DNA of 64,000 bases from positions 12,282-76,281 of the forward strand of contig JBGGNE010000021.1 of NCBI GenBank assembly GCA_041287705.1, written 5' to 3'. This document shows, one piece after another, positions 17,669 to 27,273 of this stretch. Both the position numbers and the translations under genes were made by a program. Origin of the DNA: Candidatus Methylacidiphilales bacterium. GTDB lineage: Bacteria > Verrucomicrobiota > Verrucomicrobiia > Methylacidiphilales > UBA1321. Each line of letters opens with the position of its first letter. Positions within the stretch are counted from its first letter, which is position 1. The notes under the pieces were generated by a model, which made no database searches, was not told the DNA's origin, and was given only the letters and a program-made list of their open reading frames with translations.

Positions 17669-20600
17669 TTACGGATTATCCGCAGGCAGATCTCGACGAT
17701 ACAAGCCTGTACGAGGCTCGAAGGTGTAGCGCAGGAACATGAACGCGTTCAGTTCGTCGTAAGAAGCGCTCTTGGCGTAGCTCAGCAAGCCGCCAAACTG
17801 CCAGTGATCGCTCAGCAGCATCACGCCCTTTACGCGGGTGGTCATGACGATTGAGGTCGATTCCACACCTTCATACGTGCGTCCGTCCGGATCCAGCGGC
17901 AGAACAGGGCTCTCGCTCTGCTTGTTTGTTTGCATACCTCCCGCCAGGTAACCTTTCACCAGGTAGCGCTTGCCTTCTTCCGTCAGGAAGTTAACAGACA
18001 TCACGCCCTGCAGAATGTAATCCGGGCTGAAGTAACCACCATGGCCCACCGTGTAGTGGCTCAGGTTTTTCTGAAAGACTTCACCCGATACACCCGGCCC
18101 GATGGAGAAGAACTTGAACCCGGGAATATTGAGATTCTTCGAGAGCCCAAGCGTGGCGCTGGCATGTGTGTTGTCGTCCACATCCACACCGGTCAGGTAA
18201 TCCGCCTGGCCGTTCATGTAGACGCCCCAGCCGCCGCCAAACTCGGTATAGCGCTCGCCGCGAACACCAACTCGAATCACACGGCCCCAGCCTTCGCCCG
18301 TGTAAGGATCCTGCATACCGGTGTACGACAACAGCGATTCCTTAACGGACTCCGAGAAGAGCTCCGCGGACCAGTAGCCATCCGGAATCTGCTGGATCAT
18401 GCCCAAATGCCATGTAAGTGCAGGCATTACCTCACCACCCAGCGGCGTCAGTCCCAGGTCGGCGTAGTACGTCGTCCAGCCTTCGCGACGCCAGCTGAGG
18501 CGGGGCTCCAGCACAGTATACTGCGTCTTGGGGCTTTCGAATTCGCCAGGTGGCGCAATGAGGGGCGCAGAGCCAATCAGAGCACTGTTCTCACGAAAAT
18601 TACCAGCGTCCAGATTAATAATCTTTGCCTCGAACATCACGTCATCCAGCCCGGGCAGTACCAGATTATACTGGGCCAGAGGAAAAGTCGTTGCGCTCAG
18701 TTTGCTGGTACCGGAGTCACCGGACTTCTCACGAATGCCCAGACCTCCAACAATGTTCTTCGTATCGACATTCTTCAGGCCGGGGATATTCGGATCGAGA
18801 TTATGACCTGCAATTGGCAGGCCGCGATCCACGTATTCCTTCGCGGTCTCGGTACGATACAGCTTGGCAAAAGGCCCGCCCAGTTCACGGGACAAAGTGC
18901 TTAGCTTGTCATACTCACCCAGATTCTTCAGGCTGTAATACAGACCTTCGGCCAGATCCGACCGAGGGTTCAGGCGGTACAGCTTCTCAAACATAGGCGC
19001 GGCTTCGGCGTAGCGCTGCAGGTGGAACAGATTCCACGCCTTCACGGTCATACCGCCGATATCCAGACGCGAGTAGCTCTGCGCTTTATCCAGCATGCTC
19101 AGGCTGTCCTTGTAGCGGTTCGATTTTTGCGCTTCTTCGGCCTGGCCTACCCAGTCGTCGGCAATTTTCCTTCGCGCCATTCCAGCACCCTTGCCGGCGT
19201 TATCGTTCTGGTGATCCCATTTCTGGGCTTTCTCGAACCAGACCAGGGACTCCTCGTAATGTTTGTCGTCGTAGAGACTCCACGCCAGAGGTAGTGCCGT
19301 GTTCAGATCCTTTTCCTTATCCACCGCGGCAGCCTGAGTGCGATCCTGCGACTGGCGGATTTTCGAGGCACGATCCTTGGAGTAGGTCGGCAAAAGCTTC
19401 TTGAGAGTGGGATCCAGTGTTTCATACTGGCGCACAGCGGCCTCCGCTGCAGGAAAGTCGCTCGACTTCACGTAGCTTAATACCAAACCCTTGGCGGCGA
19501 CAGCGTTGGTCGTATCCCACTCCAGCAGACGCTGAAACCACGTTGTGGAATCAGCGAAACGCTTTGCATCGTAGTAAGCCCACGCAAGGCGCAGTCCCAA
19601 GCCGATATCCTTGTTTTCCACCAGTTTGGCCAACAGTTCCTCCCCACCAGGCGCCATCATCTTGTTCACAAGCGCCGTCTGAGCGCTGGGCACCAGTCCG
19701 GCCAGTTGCGGATCCAGTGCACTGTACTTGGCAGCAGCAGCTTCCGCGCGGGTAATCAGATTCAGCTTCACCAGGCTGACAATAAGGCCCTTGGCCGCTA
19801 CAGCATTCTTGCTGTCGTACAGGAGCGCCTTCTCAAACCAGGGTAATGCATCGCTTGTCCGTTCGTCCTCAAAAAGAGCCCAGCCAAGCTGCGCAGCAAG
19901 TTCGGTGTCTTTATTATCTTCCACCTTTTTACGTGCGGCGGTACCGGCGGGAGTGTTCTTCTTCATCTCCTCCACCTGGCCCTTGTAGGCGGGCGGCACC
20001 AGCTTGATCAGCAACGGATCAAGCGCGGCATACTTCAGCGCATCCTTTTCGGCTTCGTCAAACTGGTTAAGCGCAACACGGCATACTACGACGCCCTTGG
20101 CTGCCACGGGATTCTGATCATCCCACGCCAAAATTTTCTGAAACCACGGCAGCGCCTCGGCGGGCCGCTTATCGTCGTAAAGACTCCACGCCAGCTTCAG
20201 GGCCATGCCCACGTTCTTGTCGATTTCAAGCTGCTTGCGCGCCATCTCTCCTTCGGGACGCATTAACTGCGATACCTGTTCTTCGGCGGAAATGGGTACC
20301 AGTTTTTCCAGCAAAGAATCCAGGCTGGCGTAACGCTGCGCCATGTCTTTGGCTTTTTTCAGCTCGCCCATGCCAACATGGCTAAGAACGACGCCCTTGG
20401 CCGCACCCGCGTTCTGCGCATCCCACACAAGAACACGTTCAAACCACGTCAGTGCATCGGCGTAGTGCTTGCCTTCGTACAAAAACCAGCCGTAACGCAT
20501 AGTCATCGTGACGTCCTGCGTATCTTCCAGTTGCTTGCGAGCCGAAGCTGCATCAGGCCCGGTCAACTGCTTCCACAGAGTGTCCTGGTACGCTTCTTCC

Positions 20601-20824
20601 GGTGTGCGCGGACGGTTCGAATTCTTATTGGTGGTGGGAGACGACGGGATTTCCGTGTCCTGGGCCTGCTGCACATAAAGATCCTGTGCCATCCCCTGTC
20701 CGCTGGTCATCAGCAGCCCCGCTAATGTGGCAAGACAAAGCGCAACACGACGCGCTCCGGCTTTGCGGCCGAGGCGCGATGTCATCTTCGTCCAGTGCAT
20801 AAGGGGAAGTGAATTCCGGGTCAT
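17669..20824 (-). CDS. bcsC: Cellulose synthase operon protein C-like: signal peptide, five ~100-aa TPR-like modules, C-terminal outer-membrane beta-barrel
   Basis: The N-terminal signal is VALCLATLAGLLMTSGQGMAQ. The repeated module is ...LAWSLYDDK...ALPWFEK.L.WD..N..AAKG... The C-terminus has alternating beta-strand character and ends ...NAFMFLRYTFEPR.... An ATGA overlap links it to the upstream GH8 gene. Confidence 0.75.
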   Translation of the reverse strand: MTRNSLPLMHWTKMTSRLGRKAGARRVALCLATLAGLLMTSGQGMAQDLYVQQAQDTEIPSSPTTNKNSNRPRTPEEAYQDTLWKQLTGPDAASARKQLEDTQDVTMTMRYGWFLYEGKHYADALTWFERVLVWDAQNAGAAKGVVLSHVGMGELKKAKDMAQRYASLDSLLEKLVPISAEEQVSQLMRPEGEMARKQLEIDKNVGMALKLAWSLYDDKRPAEALPWFQKILAWDDQNPVAAKGVVVCRVALNQFDEAEKDALKYAALDPLLIKLVPPAYKGQVEEMKKNTPAGTAARKKVEDNKDTELAAQLGWALFEDERTSDALPWFEKALLYDSKNAVAAKGLIVSLVKLNLITRAEAAAAKYSALDPQLAGLVPSAQTALVNKMMAPGGEELLAKLVENKDIGLGLRLAWAYYDAKRFADSTTWFQRLLEWDTTNAVAAKGLVLSYVKSSDFPAAEAAVRQYETLDPTLKKLLPTYSKDRASKIRQSQDRTQAAAVDKEKDLNTALPLAWSLYDDKHYEESLVWFEKAQKWDHQNDNAGKGAGMARRKIADDWVGQAEEAQKSNRYKDSLSMLDKAQSYSRLDIGGMTVKAWNLFHLQRYAEAAPMFEKLYRLNPRSDLAEGLYYSLKNLGEYDKLSTLSRELGGPFAKLYRTETAKEYVDRGLPIAGHNLDPNIPGLKNVDTKNIVGGLGIREKSGDSGTSKLSATTFPLAQYNLVLPGLDDVMFEAKIINLDAGNFRENSALIGSAPLIAPPGEFESPKTQYTVLEPRLSWRREGWTTYYADLGLTPLGGEVMPALTWHLGMIQQIPDGYWSAELFSESVKESLLSYTGMQDPYTGEGWGRVIRVGVRGERYTEFGGGWGVYMNGQADYLTGVDVDDNTHASATLGLSKNLNIPGFKFFSIGPGVSGEVFQKNLSHYTVGHGGYFSPDYILQGVMSVNFLTEEGKRYLVKGYLAGGMQTNKQSESPVLPLDPDGRTYEGVESTSIVMTTRVKGVMLLSDHWQFGGLLSYAKSASYDELNAFMFLRYTFEPRTGLYRRDLPADNP

Positions 20825-21963
20825 TTGGCAAGATCCGATGCGGCTGCCTTCGCTAAAAGGAGCAATGTTGCAGAGTAATAGCTATCTCCTTCGACCATTC
20901 CCGGCCATCTGATGGAAGCCAGCGGCCTCTTTTCCAGAACGGCCTGAGCCAGCAGGTAAATAGCCTCTTCCCCGGGAGGTGCGGCGTAATCAGCAGGTTC
21001 ATCGTCATCCAGGCCCACAGTGGCGACTGGTCGGCCTCCCACTTGCTTTTCCGACCAGAACTCCACAAACGGCTTCAGCAACGCCTCGTCGCTGGCCTGT
21101 CCGGCCCAGGCCAGGTAGAGTGGAATACGGAACGCGTTGTAGCCGAATTCCTGGGGAAACTGCTCTTTGGGCGGCATCCCTACCGCGCCGATTTCATCCA
21201 CGAAAAGCCAGTCCGGAGGCAGCTTCCACTTACCGTATTTCGCAATGCCTAACAGCCGGCGACCGCTGGAATCCAGCGCCGTCCACACTGTGTTGCCCGT
21301 CAGCTCCCTAAATTCATGAAACGCAGGGAAGATCCAGTACGAAAGATTCACGATCGTGCGCCCCCCTTCTTTCTGGAAACCGATCAGCCCAGGGACCAGC
21401 AGCATCCCGTGCGGCGACTGCACCGTCAGGCGCTCGGCCAGTGCAAGTGCAAACGGCTGAGCCTCAGCGGCATATTTGGAATCCGGCCAACGCTTCGAAG
21501 CGCGGATCAACGCCCATGCGACCAGCACTTCGCCATCGCTGGCGTTATTCGGGTCATCCACATGGCCACCCGTGCCGGAAACGTCGGGAATCCAGCTCCA
21601 GCTCAGCAGGCCATCCTGTCGAGCCAGGTGAGTCTTCGTCCAGCCCCACATTTCGTCAAAGGCGGCCCGGTCTCCATAGTGCTCTGCCAGCATCATGCCG
21701 TAGCCCTGACCTTCTGTATGGCTTTTATTACCGTTGCCGGTATCGACAATGCGACCTTCGGGGCGCAAATATCGGGCCTTATAGGTGGTCCATTCGCGAT
21801 CGGTAACCGTTCCGGCTTTCTCGCCGGAAAAACAGCCCCAGAAGAACGACGGAATGCCGAGAATGCACATCATAACAGGCAATCCCCAGACACGTCCGCG
21901 CCGAGGGCGCTGCCCAGGGTGGGAGGCGGGGATCGGGAAAGAGGTGGCGCTCTGATGAACCAT
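20821..21963 (-). CDS. bcsZ: Glycoside hydrolase family 8 endoglucanase (BcsZ-like)
   Basis: GNKSHTEGQGYGMMLAEHYGD (GH8 catalytic-Glu block), ...ASDGEVLVAWAL..., and the signal/TM segment WGLPVMMCILGIPSFFWGC. I chose the start at ATG 21963 (MVHQSAT). Confidence 0.85.
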   Translation of the reverse strand: MVHQSATSFPIPASHPGQRPRRGRVWGLPVMMCILGIPSFFWGCFSGEKAGTVTDREWTTYKARYLRPEGRIVDTGNGNKSHTEGQGYGMMLAEHYGDRAAFDEMWGWTKTHLARQDGLLSWSWIPDVSGTGGHVDDPNNASDGEVLVAWALIRASKRWPDSKYAAEAQPFALALAERLTVQSPHGMLLVPGLIGFQKEGGRTIVNLSYWIFPAFHEFRELTGNTVWTALDSSGRRLLGIAKYGKWKLPPDWLFVDEIGAVGMPPKEQFPQEFGYNAFRIPLYLAWAGQASDEALLKPFVEFWSEKQVGGRPVATVGLDDDEPADYAAPPGEEAIYLLAQAVLEKRPLASIRWPGMVEGDSYYSATLLLLAKAAASDLAK

Positions 21964-22472
21964 GACGCCGGGGTTTTTACGATTTAAAGCGTGAAAAGTA
22001 AAGAAAATGAGTAACCCTTTCAGACAAATAATGTTATGACACATGTATAAGAGCAAATGTATAAAAAGAAAACAAGACAGCTCCGCCGCCAACCTTCCGA
22101 CACTGAAAGGTCATGTCTACAACTGGCCCGAAATTGAGCTAAACTTTGGGCTAAAGGATACGACAACTCATCAAAGACACTCACAAAATATAGTATGAAT
22201 TACGATATTCCGCCCTTTAGATACAGTCCGATTGCTTCAATGGTACTGCATCTCAATGGAGGATGATCAACAACAACTCCTGCAAATGAAATCGGTTAAA
22301 TATCGACAAAAGCCGACTTCCAATTAATCTCATCATTGTCGTACCCAACACGAAACCTTTTCCGCGTCTCTGAGGAAGATCGTGCGTAAAGCCTTAGTCA
22401 AAAGATATTAGCCGATATTTTCCTTGACCCGACACCACTCCTTCCTGCTATTAACTCCGCACCCCTATCCCC
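21964..22472. promoter_or_regulatory. ~510-bp AT-rich divergent control region between bcsZ-bcsC and bcsA-bcsB
   Basis: There is no credible ORF, GC is markedly lower than in the flanks, and it lies between two divergently transcribed halves of the bcs locus. No specific promoter boxes could be assigned. Confidence 0.4.
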
Positions 22473-24734
22473 ATGAATTACTTTCAAGAGGCTTCCGCAT
22501 GGTGGACCAAATGGAATGAGAAGATCATTTTCTGGATGTGGGTAGCTGCGGCTGCGGCAATCGCCTGGCTGGCGATTATTCCAACTGATACGTACGCACA
22601 GCTCATTACGGCGTCGCTGATCATGACTGCGCTCATGGTAGCGCGCCGCTTTAATATCGCAGGTGCCATGCGCGAGGTGTTTCTGTTCCTCGCCGCTTAC
22701 CTTTCGCTGCGTTACTTCTTCTGGCGTACATTTAATACGCTCGTCTATTTCGATCCCATCAGCTTCGTGCTGGCCCTGATGCTCTATGGTGCGGAGATTT
22801 ACGGCATTGTCATTTACCTGCTGGGATTGTTCGTCAATATCTACCCCCTGGATCGCGTATCACCCAAGCTTCCCGATAATCCTGATGAATGGCCGGGCGT
22901 TGATATCTTCATTCCGACATATAATGAAGATCCCTCCATTATTGAGCTAACGCTTTTCGCAGTAGTCCAGCTGGATTATCCCAAGCATCGCTATACCGTT
23001 AATCTATGCGATGACGGCGGTACGGATCAGAAATGTAACGACGCCGTTCCTGCAAAAGCCGCAGCCGCACGTGCCCGGCGCAAAGAGCTTTCTGAGATGT
23101 GTGACCGCATTGGCGCCAAATACTGCACGCGCGCCAAGAATCTTCACGCTAAAGCCGGTAACGTAAACTCGGCCTTCAATGCAACCAGTAATGATCTCGT
23201 CCTCATTCTTGACGTGGATCACGTTCCTACCCGTGACATTCTTCGCCGGACTGTAGGGTTGTTTCTTGAAGATCCCAAACTCTTCCTCGTCCAGACACCG
23301 CACTTTTTCCTTAACCCGGATCCTATCGAAAAGAATCTTGATACGTTCAAGGTAATGCCGAATGAGAGCGAGATGTTCTATAGCGTCATCCAGCGCGGTC
23401 TCGACTTCTGGAATGCCGCGTTCTTTTGCGGCTCTGCGGCAGTACTACGACGTAAGTACCTAGCGGAAGTGGGCGGCATTAGCGGTGACACGATTACGGA
23501 AGATGCGGAAACGGCGCTGCTTCTGCATTCCCGAGGCTATACCAGCGCGTTTATTCGGCAGCCTATGGTGGCGGGTCTTTCTCCGGAAACGCTCGGCGGA
23601 TTCATGGTGCAGCGCAGTCGCTGGGCCATGGGTATGGTGCAGATCTTCCTGCTTAAGAATCCTATGCTGCTCAAAGGCTTAAACCTTGGCCAGCGATTGT
23701 GTTATCTTAACTGCTGCTTCTTCTGGTTCTTTGCGTACGGGCGGCTTGTGTACATGGTGGCCCCGCTGGGCTTCCTTATCCTGGGCCTTAAAGTCTATAA
23801 CGCTTCGGTAATGGAATTCTTTGCATACGCCATACCGCATATGCTGGCGGCCATGTTTATATCGGACTTTCTGTATGGAAGAGTCCGGTGGAGCTTCATT
23901 TCCGAGCTTTATGAACTGATTCAGGCGCCATACACAATGCCTTCCATCATTCAGGTGCTGATGAACCCAAGAGCGCCCACCTTTATTGTGACGCCTAAGG
24001 GTGAACAGCTGGATAAGGACTTTATATCGCCGTTAGGTACTCCATTTTATACACTGCTGTTCGGTACTATTATTGGTCTTTGCTTCGGTCTTTATAAATA
24101 CATCCATTACCCCATGGATAGATCAGTTATCGTTATTACGATGGCGTGGTGTACCCTTAACCTCGTCATGATTTTTGCCGCTATCGGGGTTATGTTTGAG
24201 CGAAGGCAGAGACGCGCCTGGCCGCGCATCCCGGAAAACCTTAAGGGCACGCTGGAAGTGAATGATCAGATAGAAAAAGTCACCGTGGATGAAGTTGCCA
24301 TGGGTGGTCTGCGTGTACTGATCAGTCTTCCGCTCTATCGCAAATTAAAGCCTGGCCAGGCCCTGATTCTTAATGTCGAATCCAGCCAGACGGATCCGCT
24401 GATGCTGACCTTCCACATGAAGATTCTGAAAAAGCGAATCGTCTACGGAGTTCCGCACCTCATTATCCAGTTTGATTACCAGAATGATGCCGAGCGCAAA
24501 TCAGCCGTGGTACTCATTTATGGCGACAGCGACCGCTGGCTTCGCTTCCAGGAAGTCCGCATGACCAAGCTGGGTATTACGGGCAGTCTGGGATTCATTA
24601 TCCTGCAGGGCGTAAAACATTCCTACGCACACTGGTCCTACGCTACCGTACTGTTCTTCAAATGGATTCTGGAAAGCATCAAGAATTATACCATGTCCTG
24701 GCTACGTTGGTTTGGCAGACTGGCGCTGGGTTAG
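22473..24734 (+). CDS. bcsA: Cellulose synthase catalytic subunit (GT2 + C-terminal PilZ domain)
   Basis: VDIFIPTYNED, LCDDGGTD, AKAGNVNSA, LDVDHVP, TITEDAETALLLH (TED) and QRSRWAMG (QxxRW) are all present. PilZ: RRQRRAWPR ... VDEVAMGGLRV. Confidence 0.92.
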   Translation: MNYFQEASAWWTKWNEKIIFWMWVAAAAAIAWLAIIPTDTYAQLITASLIMTALMVARRFNIAGAMREVFLFLAAYLSLRYFFWRTFNTLVYFDPISFVLALMLYGAEIYGIVIYLLGLFVNIYPLDRVSPKLPDNPDEWPGVDIFIPTYNEDPSIIELTLFAVVQLDYPKHRYTVNLCDDGGTDQKCNDAVPAKAAAARARRKELSEMCDRIGAKYCTRAKNLHAKAGNVNSAFNATSNDLVLILDVDHVPTRDILRRTVGLFLEDPKLFLVQTPHFFLNPDPIEKNLDTFKVMPNESEMFYSVIQRGLDFWNAAFFCGSAAVLRRKYLAEVGGISGDTITEDAETALLLHSRGYTSAFIRQPMVAGLSPETLGGFMVQRSRWAMGMVQIFLLKNPMLLKGLNLGQRLCYLNCCFFWFFAYGRLVYMVAPLGFLILGLKVYNASVMEFFAYAIPHMLAAMFISDFLYGRVRWSFISELYELIQAPYTMPSIIQVLMNPRAPTFIVTPKGEQLDKDFISPLGTPFYTLLFGTIIGLCFGLYKYIHYPMDRSVIVITMAWCTLNLVMIFAAIGVMFERRQRRAWPRIPENLKGTLEVNDQIEKVTVDEVAMGGLRVLISLPLYRKLKPGQALILNVESSQTDPLMLTFHMKILKKRIVYGVPHLIIQFDYQNDAERKSAVVLIYGDSDRWLRFQEVRMTKLGITGSLGFIILQGVKHSYAHWSYATVLFFKWILESIKNYTMSWLRWFGRLALG

Positions 24735-24777
24735 TATTCACTTTGCAATAGTAAACACACACTACTTCATACACGTT

Positions 24778-27138
24778 ATGCGATCGATTCTCATTGCACT
24801 GGCCATCTGCCTGCATATTACTGGTAATACATTTGCACAGGTAATACCCACGCCCAGCCCCACGCCTACACCGACTACCAGCGGCACGAATCCCCCTTCA
24901 GTTGTAACGCCAGGCGTTACCCCCAGTACCTCTGGCAATCTGCCGCCAGGCGCCCCGGCACCTGCCCCTGCAACATCCTCTGCTGCCGCACCTGTATTGG
25001 ATCCCAATACACGTACGCTTGCCTCCTTCATGGATAAGGACGGTCAGGTCATGCTGCGTCATGACGAAGCGCAGTACCGCTTCTCTATCCCCCTTAGCGC
25101 CCGTATGAATGTGACGGGCGGACAGGTTGTTCTTAACTACGTCAATTCGATCAGCCTTCTTGGTGAGCGCTCTCAGATCTACGTTACCTGGGATCAAAAG
25201 GTTCTCGGCCAGCTTCCTCTTCTCGGTACCAACCCCACGGGCCGCCTGATAGCCCCGCTGGATATTAAAGGCTATACCAAGCCTGGTTACCATGATTTGC
25301 ATATCAATGTTGCCCAGCACTATACCTTAAAGTGCGAAAACCCCTCGGCTCCCGAGCTCTGGACACAGGTTGATCCCCTTACCTCCACAGTAACGCTTCA
25401 GTATGAGCTAAAGCCTCTCAAGCCTCGTCTTTCTGAGCTTTCTGATCTTATTGATGACAAGCTCTGGCTTCCCTTCAAGCTGCACATTGTCACCACCTCT
25501 TCCAACAGCATGCAGGATCATCACCTGCAATGGGGCGCCCTGGTAACGCAACGCGCAAGCCTTCTTTTAAAATATCGTCCTCTCGAGTTAACCCACAGCG
25601 CCGGACTTATCGCCAATGGCGACCAGGTTGTTATCGGAACCCGGGATGAGCTCTCCGCTATTCTTCCTGCTTCTATCTCAGATTCTATTAACAACAGCTT
25701 CATTGGTATCTTCGCTAATCCCAAGGATCCCCGCTACTTCATTCTTGTTGTATCCGGGCGCGATATTGATGGCGTCACCAAAGCAGCAAAGGCATTCGCA
25801 GCCCTCAGCTTCCCACTGCCGGCAACTCCTACTATGGAAGTTGCCGACGTAGCACTGCCGGAGATCCCTGTCCGCGAAATGCCCTCCACTGCCCAGCCTT
25901 CCACTTCGTACAAGTTTTCGCAGTTTGGTTTCCGAAGCGGTACCCTGCAGGGCATGAATACGGGCGGCTTCCGTATTACGGTAAACATGCCGGCAGATAT
26001 CTATGCTGCTGAGCACGTCAATCTTCGCTTCCGTCTTCACTTTGCCCATGGCGCTCGTCTTCGCCCGGATTCCGTATTTAATGTCTTCCTCAATGGCCGA
26101 TTCGAAAACGTTATTTATCTGAACACCGATTCAGGATCGGTATATCGCGACTACTCACTGACGGTGCCTCTGCGCTCCTTTGATAAAGGCGCTAATCTTA
26201 TTGAGTTCGTACCTCAAATGGTGCCGCTGGTATCCGATCAGTGCGAAATTATTCAGACGGAAAATCTGCTGTTTACGCTGTTTGATGACTCCGTAATGGA
26301 TGTACCTGCGGCTACCCGCTACGTTCAGATGCCGAATCTTCGCCTGACAGGACGTACCGGCTTCCCTTACCTGGAAAAATCGACAGGAGCAACGTGCGCC
26401 ATCCAGGTTGCTGCGCCGGACAGCGGCTCAGTGGCCGCGGCCTGGATGATTCTGGCCAAGCTTACCCGCCTTGCGGGCGCTCCCCTTACCGATGCGATTA
26501 TCACCTTCCGCCGTCCTCCTGAGGATCGCGACTGGATCGTTGTTGGAGTTTACTCGCAGGTCGACCCCAAGCTGGCGGCGGCAGCACCGATTAAGTTCCT
26601 TACCGGCGGGCAAATCCCCAACGTGTTTAACAAACTGCCTGAAGGCACAGCTACCATCTCCCAGGGTTTCATGGGCTTCCTGAAGAGCCTCGGTCTGGAC
26701 ACCTCTGAACCCCCGGCTGATCCCGTCAAGAAGCTGGACACTGTCTCCGGGTCCAACTCGCCTGCTGATCTGGGAGTTCTGATGCAGTTTGAATCCCCCT
26801 ACGCAAGCGGCCGAACCATCACTCTGGCCACCGCCACCAGTGGCGAAATCCTCCAGGCTCGCGTGGCCAGCCTGGTTAAGGATGAATGGTGGAGCTCCAT
26901 CAACGGCGACTCGATGATCTGGGGAGAACCGCTGCGCAGCATCGCCAACGAAACGTTCGCGAAGCCTTACTATCTGGGCTCTTACAATCCGGGAACGGCC
27001 ATTCAATACCAGTTCTCCCAGCGTCCCTGGCTCTGGATCGTCTGCGTGTTCGCACTGGTGATCGTTTTTGCACTGTTGACCCGGAAAGTCCTGTTTGCGT
27101 TCCGTACACGCGTCCATGGCAAGGGCGGCAAGCACTAA
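24778..27138 (+). CDS. bcsB: Cellulose synthase periplasmic subunit BcsB-like (signal peptide, C-terminal TM anchor)
   Basis: It lies immediately downstream of bcsA and overlaps it. The signal is MRSILIALAICLHITGNTFAQ. It has a ~790-aa periplasmic body and the C-terminal anchor WLWIVCVFALVIVFALLT. I chose the start at ATG 24778. Confidence 0.75.
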   Translation: MRSILIALAICLHITGNTFAQVIPTPSPTPTPTTSGTNPPSVVTPGVTPSTSGNLPPGAPAPAPATSSAAAPVLDPNTRTLASFMDKDGQVMLRHDEAQYRFSIPLSARMNVTGGQVVLNYVNSISLLGERSQIYVTWDQKVLGQLPLLGTNPTGRLIAPLDIKGYTKPGYHDLHINVAQHYTLKCENPSAPELWTQVDPLTSTVTLQYELKPLKPRLSELSDLIDDKLWLPFKLHIVTTSSNSMQDHHLQWGALVTQRASLLLKYRPLELTHSAGLIANGDQVVIGTRDELSAILPASISDSINNSFIGIFANPKDPRYFILVVSGRDIDGVTKAAKAFAALSFPLPATPTMEVADVALPEIPVREMPSTAQPSTSYKFSQFGFRSGTLQGMNTGGFRITVNMPADIYAAEHVNLRFRLHFAHGARLRPDSVFNVFLNGRFENVIYLNTDSGSVYRDYSLTVPLRSFDKGANLIEFVPQMVPLVSDQCEIIQTENLLFTLFDDSVMDVPAATRYVQMPNLRLTGRTGFPYLEKSTGATCAIQVAAPDSGSVAAAWMILAKLTRLAGAPLTDAIITFRRPPEDRDWIVVGVYSQVDPKLAAAAPIKFLTGGQIPNVFNKLPEGTATISQGFMGFLKSLGLDTSEPPADPVKKLDTVSGSNSPADLGVLMQFESPYASGRTITLATATSGEILQARVASLVKDEWWSSINGDSMIWGEPLRSIANETFAKPYYLGSYNPGTAIQYQFSQRPWLWIVCVFALVIVFALLTRKVLFAFRTRVHGKGGKH

Positions 27139-27273
27139 CGCTGAAAGTGCGGTATTATTCGGAAGCGCTTCGCTATACCCTCACTGCCCAGCGGCAAGGG
27201 TTTAGCGAAGTGTCCGTGCCAGAAGCCAACAGAGGCTCAGGTTCCCAAAAGCTTGCACACCGCTGCCTGCTGA

